A stretch of 64,000 bases of DNA from Nitrospirota bacterium (GTDB lineage Bacteria; Nitrospirota; UBA9217), in NCBI GenBank assembly GCA_963663225.1, contig OY760142.1, positions 320,001-384,000 of the forward strand, written 5' to 3'. The position numbers and the translations under genes are program-made. The notes under the pieces were generated by a model that saw only the letters and a program-made list of their open reading frames with translations, was not told the origin of the DNA and did not search any database. Shown piece after piece: positions 19,884 through 28,464 of this stretch. Position 1 is the stretch's first letter. Each line of letters starts with the position of its first letter.

Positions 19884-21080
19884 TTAAAAACCGAATTCCT
19901 TCAGCAGGTCGTCAACTCCCTCCTGAGACACCCGCTCCGGAGCAGCCTCTGATGATGGGGTTCCAGCATCGATTTTTACGCCAAATTGCGTAATCAACCG
20001 CACCAGCTCGGACTCGATGTCGCCGACCAGCGTTATCACCTTCTTGATTGTCTGCCCGGTAAGGTCCTGGAAAGACTGGGTGGTCAGTATCTGGGTGAGA
20101 TCGTCCTCCAGAGTGTTTTTGAAATCCTTGAGATATGCGATCGTTTCGGGAGGACCTTCCACTTTCCGGATATGCGCGGCGAGATCGTCCATAACAAGGA
20201 TATATTTTTCCACCACGCTCATGGTTTTATTTGCCGCTTCTTCCGTTTTGTCGATGACAAACTGCAGCTTTCCTACGGCTGTGGGAATGTCGCTGTTCGC
20301 AATGTCTTTGAATCTCGGATCCAGCGCATCCTGAAAGCTCTTGACGGTATTGTGCAGTTTTCGGGTAATTTTCCCCACTTCCTGGAACAGATTTCCCTGC
20401 CCCTTTTTCGCCACTGTTTGTATTATGGTGTCCGCCTTAGCATAATCCTGGTTTGCGATGGCATTCATGAAATCCACAATATCGCTGAAGATCTCATTGC
20501 GAGGGTCTTCCGGAGAAAGCAACTTATTTTTCTCAAAATACTCGCGCGCGTCATGCAATTCTTTTACCTTCATTTCTCCGGCCATGGTCTGCACCGTTTT
20601 CAGCACTTCCACCGTGTCGCCTTGTGGCATGTTGTGCACTTCCGCCACTTCTTCCAGGAGGCTTTGATCGCTGAGAGGTATAAGCTTTCCCGTATCCAGC
20701 AAAACAATTAAACGCCCGTCGAGCTTCGCGACGCCGGTGATTTCCTGAGAGTGGGAGCGGGAGAGCCCTTCCGGAGACTCTATGGTGCTCTCGTCAAGGC
20801 TAAGGACCCCGGTTATTCCATCAACGATAATGCCGAAGATCAGCCTGCCGCTCACGATTACGATTACCTTGGTGCCTCCGGTGCCGTTTTCAGGCACGTT
20901 GATGAGTTTTTTAAGATTCACCAGCGGAATGACATTGCCCCGCAAATTCGTAATGCCCCGCAAGTATGCAGGAGACTGGGGAAGATTAGTGACCGAGGGG
21001 ATGTTGACTATCTCCCGTACTTTCGTAATGGGAATGGCATATTCCCCGGTATGGAGACGAAAACCGATATATTGTTGCAC
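19884..21080 (-). CDS. CheW-CheZ fusion protein
   Basis: aa 1-135 CheW (YAIPITKVREI, GITNLRGNVIP); C-terminal CheZ (TEEAANKTM, QSFQDLTGQTIKKV, tail SQEGVDDLLKEFGF). Single uninterrupted ORF with GTG start after AGGAGG. Confidence 0.85.
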   Translation of the reverse strand: MQQYIGFRLHTGEYAIPITKVREIVNIPSVTNLPQSPAYLRGITNLRGNVIPLVNLKKLINVPENGTGGTKVIVIVSGRLIFGIIVDGITGVLSLDESTIESPEGLSRSHSQEITGVAKLDGRLIVLLDTGKLIPLSDQSLLEEVAEVHNMPQGDTVEVLKTVQTMAGEMKVKELHDAREYFEKNKLLSPEDPRNEIFSDIVDFMNAIANQDYAKADTIIQTVAKKGQGNLFQEVGKITRKLHNTVKSFQDALDPRFKDIANSDIPTAVGKLQFVIDKTEEAANKTMSVVEKYILVMDDLAAHIRKVEGPPETIAYLKDFKNTLEDDLTQILTTQSFQDLTGQTIKKVITLVGDIESELVRLITQFGVKIDAGTPSSEAAPERVSQEGVDDLLKEFGF

Positions 21081-21091
21081 CTGATACCTCC

Positions 21092-22861
21092 TTATACGGC
21101 AGCAAGCATCGCAATGCTTTTCGACAATGATGTTAGGTCTATAATGAATACGACTTTTCCGTCACCGGTAATAGTCGCGCCCAGAATATGCGAGGAGCCG
21201 GTATTGATGCCGTCCACGCTCTTAATGACCGCTTCCTCCTGACCGAGGAGTTCGTCCACGCCGATGCAGAAACGTTTATCCCCGACCGAAACCACGACAG
21301 CGTATTTGTACAAAAGGTCATTTTCCCGGGAGTCGCCGAGTATGCCCGTCAGGTCGAAGAGCGGATACACCCTGCCCCTGACCGTAAGCGCCTCGACGCC
21401 CGCCACTTCGGAAATATCCTCTTTCGAGACCATTAATGTTTCCTCAACAGGCGCGAGAGGAATCGCATATCGCGCAACACCAGATCGGACCATAAGGGTC
21501 TGAATGATTGCCACAGTGAGCGGGAGCCTGATTGTTATTGTCGACCCCGCATCTTTGTTCGTGGTTATTTCAACCGCTCCGTTCAGCTTTGATATGTTCG
21601 TTTTTACCACGTCCATTCCGACACCGCGTCCGGAAAGCTCGGTGGCGACGTCCGCGGTTGAAAAACCGGGAAGAAAAATAAGATTGACAGCTGATTCATC
21701 CGTCATGCGGCCCGCTTCGTCCGCGGTGATGATGCCTTTGGTTAGTGCTTTTTTCTTTACCTTTTCTACATTAACGCCCCTACCGTCGTCCGAAACTTCG
21801 ATTACGATCTGGTTTCCTTTTTGGGAAGCGCGTATTGTTATGGTCCCCTGCTCCGATTTTCCTTTGGCCACCCGTTCTTCCGGCGTTTCAAGGCCGTGGT
21901 CAATCGCGTTCCGAATGATATGCACCATAGGATCGCCGATATGTTCAATTACGGAACGGTCCACTTCCGTGTCCTCACCGAACACTTTCAGGTCGACCTG
22001 TTTACCGAGAGAACCCGACAAGTCCCTTACCAACCGCGGGAACTTGCTGAATACTTTTTGGATCGGCTGCATGCGCATGCGCATCACGCCCAACTGCATG
22101 TCCGATGTTATCAGATCGAGGAATGAAACCGCCTCGTTCAGGCTTTCCACTTCACGGTCATCTGTATATTTTTGCTCGAGACGGTTCATGATGTTCAGCA
22201 GTCTGTTCCGCACCAGAACGACCTCGCCGGTCAGATCCATGACCTTATCAATTTTCCCGACCTCAACCCGAAGCGTCTGCAAAGAGTCTTTCTTCTCTGA
22301 TACCATTTCTGACTGACCCTGGCCGTGTTCAGCATCTTTTTTCTGGTTTGCCGCGTCCGTAGAAGGTTCCGGGGTGCTTGTTGCCGCCATCGGCTTTTCC
22401 TTCCGGATTTCCGCTTCGGCAGTTTTCACGGGTTCCCGTTTCTGTTCCGCGACCGGCGCCGCTTCCTTCAGCTGGGCCGTGGCGAGCACGTTGCCGAGCT
22501 CTTTTACCAGCGAGGTAATGTCCTCCTGGACACCGTCCTTGTCGCGGATATGTCTGAGCAGAAGCCTGAGCATATCCACACTCTTCAGGATAACATCGAT
22601 CAGTGGGCGTGAAATGCTCATTTCACCTTCCCGCACTTTCTTCATTATGTTTTCGGCATTGTGCGCCACGTCCACGATCGACTGAAACCCGAGGAAGCCC
22701 GCAGCGCCCTTGATGGTATGGACGCTTCGGAACAGTTTGTTGACAATTTCCTGATCGCTTCCCTTCGCTTCAAGCTCCACGAAAAGCGTATCGACATTAT
22801 CAAGGGTTTCTTCAGATTCCGCGATGAATTCCGCTGTTATTTCTTCCATTTCATCAGACAT
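21092..22861 (-). CDS. cheA: Chemotaxis kinase CheA (no P2 domain)
   Basis: HPt FRSVHTIKG, P3 TLRVE, HIIRNAIDHG, SDDGRG, SGRGVGMDVV, C-terminal CheW-like P5. Confidence 0.96.
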   Translation of the reverse strand: MSDEMEEITAEFIAESEETLDNVDTLFVELEAKGSDQEIVNKLFRSVHTIKGAAGFLGFQSIVDVAHNAENIMKKVREGEMSISRPLIDVILKSVDMLRLLLRHIRDKDGVQEDITSLVKELGNVLATAQLKEAAPVAEQKREPVKTAEAEIRKEKPMAATSTPEPSTDAANQKKDAEHGQGQSEMVSEKKDSLQTLRVEVGKIDKVMDLTGEVVLVRNRLLNIMNRLEQKYTDDREVESLNEAVSFLDLITSDMQLGVMRMRMQPIQKVFSKFPRLVRDLSGSLGKQVDLKVFGEDTEVDRSVIEHIGDPMVHIIRNAIDHGLETPEERVAKGKSEQGTITIRASQKGNQIVIEVSDDGRGVNVEKVKKKALTKGIITADEAGRMTDESAVNLIFLPGFSTADVATELSGRGVGMDVVKTNISKLNGAVEITTNKDAGSTITIRLPLTVAIIQTLMVRSGVARYAIPLAPVEETLMVSKEDISEVAGVEALTVRGRVYPLFDLTGILGDSRENDLLYKYAVVVSVGDKRFCIGVDELLGQEEAVIKSVDGINTGSSHILGATITGDGKVVFIIDLTSLSKSIAMLAAV

Positions 22862-22942
22862 GATTTGCTCCGCTCAGTGTTTCTTGTCATTTTCGGCTGA
22901 GATTTTACTCCCTGGTATTTTCATCGGCCATGCAGCGCGATG

Positions 22943-23332
22943 TTATTTTTTCAGCCGTTCGAATATCTTTTCCATCTTCTCCGAAAAAACTTCCGCGGTA
23001 AACGGTTTCACAATATAGTTGTTTACGCCCGCCTTGATTGCGGTGACCACTTTTTCCTTTTCCGCCTCCGCGGTGACCATCAGGATCGGCAGGTCCTTGA
23101 GATCAGCATCTGCCCGTACGCTTTTCAGTAAATCCAGACCGTCCATGTTCGGCATGTTCCAGTCGGAAACCATGAAGCCAAACCCGCCGGTCTTGAGCTT
23201 GTTGAAAGCCTGGGCTCCGTCCTCCGCTTCTTCCACGTTGTCGTACCCCAGCTGCTTCAGCACGTTTTTGACGATTCTCCGCATTGTCGAGAAGTCATCC
23301 ACGACAAGAATTTTCATTTTTGGATCAGGCAT
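22943..23332 (-). CDS. cheY: Chemotaxis response regulator CheY
   Basis: [34 protein letters not shown]. Confidence 0.96.
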   Translation of the reverse strand: MPDPKMKILVVDDFSTMRRIVKNVLKQLGYDNVEEAEDGAQAFNKLKTGGFGFMVSDWNMPNMDGLDLLKSVRADADLKDLPILMVTAEAEKEKVVTAIKAGVNNYIVKPFTAEVFSEKMEKIFERLKK

Positions 23333-23717
23333 GACCTTTTCCTCCCTCAGCAAACATTTTCTTTAAAATAGTCCGTATATTCTGCATAACGACTTCAGCA
23401 GTAACCGGTTTCGTAAGATATCCGTTCACTCCCGCGCTAAAGGCCCGTTCCCGTTCCACATTGTCCATTTCCGTGGTCACCATCAAAATCGGAAGATGCG
23501 CCTGCTGAGCATCGGCCCTGACTGCTTTTACAAATTCAATGCCGTCCATATACGGCATGTTGAGATCGCTGATGATCAGGTTGACATTTTCGCTTCCCAG
23601 TTTTTCGAGTCCGTCAAGGCCGTTTTCAGCATGGACCACTTCGAATCCTTTTGATTTTAAAAAGAGACCGAGAAGTTTCCGGGTCGTCTTATCGTCGTCT
23701 ACAATCATGATCTTCAT
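23325..23717 (-). CDS. Single-domain response regulator (second CheY-like)
   Basis: IVDDD, SDLNMP, MVTTE, YLTKP. Confidence 0.88.
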   Translation of the reverse strand: MKIMIVDDDKTTRKLLGLFLKSKGFEVVHAENGLDGLEKLGSENVNLIISDLNMPYMDGIEFVKAVRADAQQAHLPILMVTTEMDNVERERAFSAGVNGYLTKPVTAEVVMQNIRTILKKMFAEGGKGHA

Positions 23718-23719
23718 TC

Positions 23720-24535
23720 TTATCCCCTCTGATACGCGATAACTTTATTAATAAGAACCGGCCGAAACGCCCGTGTAATGTTATGCAGGCTTTCCGCAGA
23801 GCCGATGATCAGAAATCCGCCCGGTCGCAGGCTGTCATACAGCAGGGAAACTACTTTCTGCTTTGCTTTATCGTCAAAATAAATAAGCACGTTTCTACAA
23901 AAAATTGCGTCCATAGCCGGAAGCGTTTTGATTTTCTTTTCATCGGTCAGGTTGATATTTAAAAATTTGACCGTATTTCTCACGACGACATCAATCTCAT
24001 GCCCTGTTCCGTTTTTTTTGAAATACTTACTCAAGTATGGTTCTTTTACGGTCCTCATCGAGTAGGAGCCGTAGACGCCTTTTTTAGCTGCTTCCAGCAC
24101 TTCATTGCTGATGTCTGAAGCAAAGATTTCCATTTTTGAGCACTGTTTCTTTTCCATAAGCATCATGGCAAGCGTATATGCTTCCTCTCCCGTGGAAGAC
24201 GCGGCAGACCAAATCCTGATATCGGAAGAACTCTTGCTTTCCAGGATGCGTCCCACAAGAATGTCGTTGAATACATCCAGCTGCAGCGGTTCGCGAAAAA
24301 AATACGTTTCATTTACCGTCACGGCGTCAAAGAGCTTTGCGAGTTCATCTCCATTCAGGCCTGTACGGACGAATTGAAGGTATTCGTCGAACGTTTTCAG
24401 CTTCTTTTCTTCAAGCCTCGAAGCGAGCTTCTTCTCAAGCAGGTATTTTTTGGTGTCCGGAATAAAAATGCCGCTTTTCTCGTAGATGAAGTCTCTGAGC
24501 TGCCTGAATGTGGCATCCTGCAAAACGGCATTCAT
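23720..24535 (-). CDS. cheR: Chemotaxis methyltransferase CheR
   Basis: TVNETYFFRE, IWSAASSTGEEAYTL, IFCRNVLIYF, GSAESL. Confidence 0.96.
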   Translation of the reverse strand: MNAVLQDATFRQLRDFIYEKSGIFIPDTKKYLLEKKLASRLEEKKLKTFDEYLQFVRTGLNGDELAKLFDAVTVNETYFFREPLQLDVFNDILVGRILESKSSSDIRIWSAASSTGEEAYTLAMMLMEKKQCSKMEIFASDISNEVLEAAKKGVYGSYSMRTVKEPYLSKYFKKNGTGHEIDVVVRNTVKFLNINLTDEKKIKTLPAMDAIFCRNVLIYFDDKAKQKVVSLLYDSLRPGGFLIIGSAESLHNITRAFRPVLINKVIAYQRG

Positions 24536-24537
24536 TA

Positions 24538-25770
24538 TTATTTGCCCTCCAGCAGCCACGTAACGCGCTCCCTGATCGTTTTCTCCTGGTGCTCTTTGAG
24601 CGGCGCCAAAAACGTCGCTGCGTTGTCGCCCGCCAGCACAGCAACTGCATCTATTGCCGCAAGAACCACATGGGTGCTTACGTCTTTAAACAGAGGGGTG
24701 ATGTGCGGCAAAGCGTCAGCATTCCCCAGTTCTTTCAGAATATCGAGCGTAATCACCTTGCCCCGGAATTTTATCGCGGGATTGCGCAGTGTCTCGATGA
24801 AATCTTCCTGGTCCATAAAGTCCATCAGCGTCTGCTTTATTTCTGCAAGCCGCTCGTCGCCCATCGGATCAGACGGGTCAAGCAAGCCTGCAATGTCGAT
24901 GATATTCGGTATTGCGCGCTTTTCTCCTATATCGACGAGACCGCGAATAGCGATAAGGCGGTCTTCCCAGTCTCCCTGTTTCAGGATGCTCATCAACGTA
25001 TCGGTAACACCGTTCATGGATGGAGAAAGCCCTGTTTGGACAAGACTTTTCACAACCGCATTTTTCTCCATATCAGCGGCTTTCGGAAGATAGTCATACA
25101 GAATGGCGCTTGCCTGGGGCGTTGGAAACTTTCCCAGTGCCTCGATAGCTGCATACCGGAGTGCTGCGGAAGAGCTCGAAAGAAGGCCTTTTACCGGTCC
25201 GAGTGATGATTCATCGCTGAATAAGGAAAGTGCATCCAGAGCAGAGAAACAAACCCACTCTTCGTCCCGCAACGCTGCGATTAATGCGGGAATTGCCTCC
25301 CGATAGTTTAAAATGGCCAGCGTCTTTGCGGCTGATGAGCGTACATTTGCGTTGGGATCAATCTGCATCAACTTCACAATTTCTCCCGGGTAGTCGCAGG
25401 TTTTGATATCACCGATCAGATCCACGGCAAATTTGCGGATGTCATCATCCTTGTCAATAAAGAGATCCCGGAGCAGCGGAACTGTCGGCGGTCCGATCTC
25501 TTTTAAAATGACCAAAGTCGTATTTCTCAATAACGGCCCTTCCCGGAGCAGAGGGATCACCATGTACGCGGTCACTTCTCCCCCGATGTTTATCAAAGAA
25601 CGCATTGCGGCGTCCTGCACTCCCGGATTTTCATCATGCAGCGCCTTGATAAGGGGGTAAATCGCCCGCTCATCAGCGCCGCCAAGCGATTCTGCAGCCG
25701 CTCTCCGCTGTCCTGGATCGGCGCCTGCGAGGTCGCTTTTCAACCGGGTAAGTTGTTCTGTTTCCAGCAT
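24538..25770 (-). CDS. HEAT-repeat protein, first gene of the che operon
   Basis: Repeated L..AL.D....V...A..L motifs (RRAAAESLG, DIRKFAVDLIG, NVRSSAAKTLA). Confidence 0.88.
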   Translation of the reverse strand: MLETEQLTRLKSDLAGADPGQRRAAAESLGGADERAIYPLIKALHDENPGVQDAAMRSLINIGGEVTAYMVIPLLREGPLLRNTTLVILKEIGPPTVPLLRDLFIDKDDDIRKFAVDLIGDIKTCDYPGEIVKLMQIDPNANVRSSAAKTLAILNYREAIPALIAALRDEEWVCFSALDALSLFSDESSLGPVKGLLSSSSAALRYAAIEALGKFPTPQASAILYDYLPKAADMEKNAVVKSLVQTGLSPSMNGVTDTLMSILKQGDWEDRLIAIRGLVDIGEKRAIPNIIDIAGLLDPSDPMGDERLAEIKQTLMDFMDQEDFIETLRNPAIKFRGKVITLDILKELGNADALPHITPLFKDVSTHVVLAAIDAVAVLAGDNAATFLAPLKEHQEKTIRERVTWLLEGK

Positions 25771-25791
25771 AAATCTCCCTCCTGGATCATC

Positions 25792-25818
25792 TTATCGGCT
25801 TTTTCCCACGGTTCTTTA
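25792..25818 (-). promoter_or_regulatory. sigma28 (FliA) promoter of the che operon
   Basis: Minus strand TAAA-GAACCGTGGGAAAAA(15)-GCCGATAA, a perfect consensus. Confidence 0.85.
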
Positions 25819-26553
25819 ACCCGGCACATGGGCCTCCATTTTTGCTTTAACTCTGATGAGGGCCTGGTTATGCAACTGACAAACGCGCCCCTCGGTAAGA
25901 TTCAGGACCTTGCCGATTTCCTTCATCGTCAGTTCGTTCCAGTAGTACAAAGACAGGACAAGTTTTTCTTTTTCCGGAAGCCCCTCAATGTGCTGTGCAA
26001 GCGCCTCTTTGATGGAAGCGTCTTCAAAGACCTCAAAAGGAGTCCGTGCAGTCGGATCGGCAATGCGTTCAGAAACATGCATTTCATGGTCATCAAACAT
26101 TGAACCGTTAAAGTCTTCCAGACTCAGCATGACGGCTGCATGAGCGTCCTGGGTGATCTTGTAATAGTCATCGAGGGAAATTCCGAGGTGTTCCGCTATT
26201 TCGTCATCATACGGAGGACGACCGAGCTCCTGTTCAAGCTTCTGGAACGCTTTCCGGATTGTGCTGATTTTGCTCTTTACCGAGCGAGGAACCCAGTCCT
26301 GAGACCGCAACTCATCGAGCATGGCACCCCGGATGCGGTGTTCAACGAAGGTGCTGAGTTTTACCCGGCCTTCTTCGTACCGCTGCAGAGAGTCCAGGAG
26401 CCCGACAATCCCGCTATTGATCAGGTCGTTGATAGTCAGCTGAGGCGGGAGCCGCTTTCCTAGACGATACGCGGTATATTTGATGAACGGGAGAAAGTCT
26501 TTAATGATCTGTTCTTTTTCCTGTTCGCTTATTTCCGTTTTATATCCAAGCAT
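25816..26553 (-). CDS. fliA: Flagellar sigma factor FliA (sigma28)
   Basis: RIRGAMLDELRSQDWVPRS and LSLYY.NELTMKEIGKVLNLTEGRVCQLH; start taken at MLGYK (26553). Confidence 0.95.
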   Translation of the reverse strand: MLGYKTEISEQEKEQIIKDFLPFIKYTAYRLGKRLPPQLTINDLINSGIVGLLDSLQRYEEGRVKLSTFVEHRIRGAMLDELRSQDWVPRSVKSKISTIRKAFQKLEQELGRPPYDDEIAEHLGISLDDYYKITQDAHAAVMLSLEDFNGSMFDDHEMHVSERIADPTARTPFEVFEDASIKEALAQHIEGLPEKEKLVLSLYYWNELTMKEIGKVLNLTEGRVCQLHNQALIRVKAKMEAHVPG

Positions 26554-26563
26554 ACGATTGCCC

Positions 26564-27400
26564 TCATGAGTGCGTTGATGCCGACAAAAGGTTCCCGATG
26601 AAAAACTGAAGCGTACCTTTAACTTTGGTGCCTTGTTCACTGAATTTTTTCGCCAGTTCGCGAATGCGTTGCGATGTCGGCGTATTGGGATACACGTCGA
26701 TGAAAGCCTTCTGTGCCCGAACGGCCTTGGGCACCATTTCATCAAAGGGCAGGTCGCCAAGGTAATTCAGAGAAATACTCAGAAATTTCTCCGTTGCGGA
26801 TGACAGCCTCCGGAACACGTCATATCCTTCTTCCGGACTCCTGGCCGAGTTCACGAGCACGTGAAATTCCTTTTCCTGATACCGCGTGCACAGCACCTTG
26901 ATCAGCGCGTAGGCGTCGGTGATCGCCGTGGGTTCGGGCGAAGTGACAATGACGATTTCCTGCGCTGCGATGCAGAAAAATGCGACATTTTCTGAAATTC
27001 CCGCTGCCGTGTCGATCAGGAGCACGTCGAGATCGCTGACATACGAGTCGAATTCTTCCATGATCTTGAGGCGCTGAAACTCGTCCAGTGCGGTCAGTTC
27101 CTGAACGCCGGATCCTGCCGGCAGAATCTTGATGCCGTGAGGGCCTTCCACGACCACATCGCGAAGCGACATTTCTCCGCGCAGAACGTGCTGAATATTG
27201 TAATGCGGCGCAAGATGGAGCAGCACATCGATGTTGCTTAATCCCAGATCGGCATCGAAGATCATGACATTCAAACCGCGGGCCCGCATGGCGATGGCAA
27301 GATTCGCCACGACATTGGTTTTGCCGACACCGCCTTTGCCGCTTGCAACGGCTATCGTCTTTACACAGCGCTTTTTTCCGTCCTGATTTTTTATCAGCAT
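26564..27400 (-). CDS. flhG: Flagellar number regulator FlhG/FleN (MinD family)
   Basis: SGKGGVGKT, DADLGLSNID, DTAAG, PEPTAITDAYALIK; between flhF and fliA. Confidence 0.93.
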   Translation of the reverse strand: MLIKNQDGKKRCVKTIAVASGKGGVGKTNVVANLAIAMRARGLNVMIFDADLGLSNIDVLLHLAPHYNIQHVLRGEMSLRDVVVEGPHGIKILPAGSGVQELTALDEFQRLKIMEEFDSYVSDLDVLLIDTAAGISENVAFFCIAAQEIVIVTSPEPTAITDAYALIKVLCTRYQEKEFHVLVNSARSPEEGYDVFRRLSSATEKFLSISLNYLGDLPFDEMVPKAVRAQKAFIDVYPNTPTSQRIRELAKKFSEQGTKVKGTLQFFIGNLLSASTHS

Positions 27401-28464
27401 GGGACACACTCCCTGTTCACGATAAGACCCGCTAACCGGTTCACGGTCGGGTATTCTATATCACCGGGGACCCGCTGCCCGGTGGTGAGATACGCTACAG
27501 GCTTCTGGTACGTGGTCATAAGATTGTAGAGCGGTCCGAACCGGACGGCTTCATCAACTTTCGAGAAGGCGACATAATCAATGGGAAGGTTCCGGTAATG
27601 ACGGTACGATTCGATCATGAACTCGTCGTCCCCGTTTGCGTTCATCAGCAGGTGCAGTTCCAGGGGAACGCCCGCGGCCTTGCAGATTTCATCCATGCCC
27701 TTAATATATGCACCATCGCGTGGATTTCTGCCTATGGTATCTATGAAAATGACGTCCTTGGTCTGTGCAAACTTCGCAAGCGCGCTCTTGAATTCCGTTA
27801 TGTTCGACACCGTGGCAAGGGGAATGCCGAGGATGTTCGAGTAAATCCGCATCTGCTCCACCGCACCGATCCGGTAGGTATCAAGGTTGACGATGCATGC
27901 CCGTTTTTTGTTTTTGATCGCCTGGGCCGCGAGTTTCGCGATGGTCGTGGTCTTACCGACGCCGGTCGGCCCGATCAGCATAACGGCCTTCTTCATGCCC
28001 TGATGCCGCTTGATTTTGATCTCCGACGATATCAAAAGAGGAATATCGTCAAGGTCTTTGGCTTTTTCGCACAAAAGGACTGCGTATTCATCCCGTATTG
28101 ACTGTTTTCTGAGAAACGCCAGAATCAGTTTTTTCTCTTCCGGAAGATCCACTTCATACCCCCGGCTTTTCATGCTTTCAATGGCCTGCCGCAGGCTTCC
28201 TATTTCGTCCTTTATCTCATCAACAAGAGCGGGTTTGGATGGTTCCGGCATCGCTGCCGTCATCGCCGAGGCCTGGGTCACGGTCTTGCTTTGGACCGGT
28301 GTTTTCTGGACGGCATCATAATCGACACCGGCCGTAATCTCCACGCTCGGAACAAGTCCTTTCTTTTCTTTGGTGGACAGAATTACAGCATCGTTGCTCA
28401 TTTCCTTTTTCACCAGATCGAGTGCAGCGGAAAATGTGCGGGCTTTAAATGTCTTAATCTTCAT
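27394..28464 (-). CDS. flhF: SRP-type GTPase FlhF
   Basis: GPTGVGKTTTIAKLAA, DTYRIGAVEQ, SKVDE, TTGQRVP. Confidence 0.95.
   Translation of the reverse strand: MKIKTFKARTFSAALDLVKKEMSNDAVILSTKEKKGLVPSVEITAGVDYDAVQKTPVQSKTVTQASAMTAAMPEPSKPALVDEIKDEIGSLRQAIESMKSRGYEVDLPEEKKLILAFLRKQSIRDEYAVLLCEKAKDLDDIPLLISSEIKIKRHQGMKKAVMLIGPTGVGKTTTIAKLAAQAIKNKKRACIVNLDTYRIGAVEQMRIYSNILGIPLATVSNITEFKSALAKFAQTKDVIFIDTIGRNPRDGAYIKGMDEICKAAGVPLELHLLMNANGDDEFMIESYRHYRNLPIDYVAFSKVDEAVRFGPLYNLMTTYQKPVAYLTTGQRVPGDIEYPTVNRLAGLIVNRECVPC

Noticed and set aside
19986-22316. Long plus-strand ORFs (241, 163 and 270 aa) opposite cheW-cheZ and cheA
   Set aside because: Antisense frames of well-supported genes with no recognisable motifs; the same applies to similar shadows throughout the window (for example 54118-55008).
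22921-22947. GCCGATGA upstream of cheA as an internal sigma28 promoter
   Set aside because: No acceptable -35 at 15 nt spacing (reads AATA).
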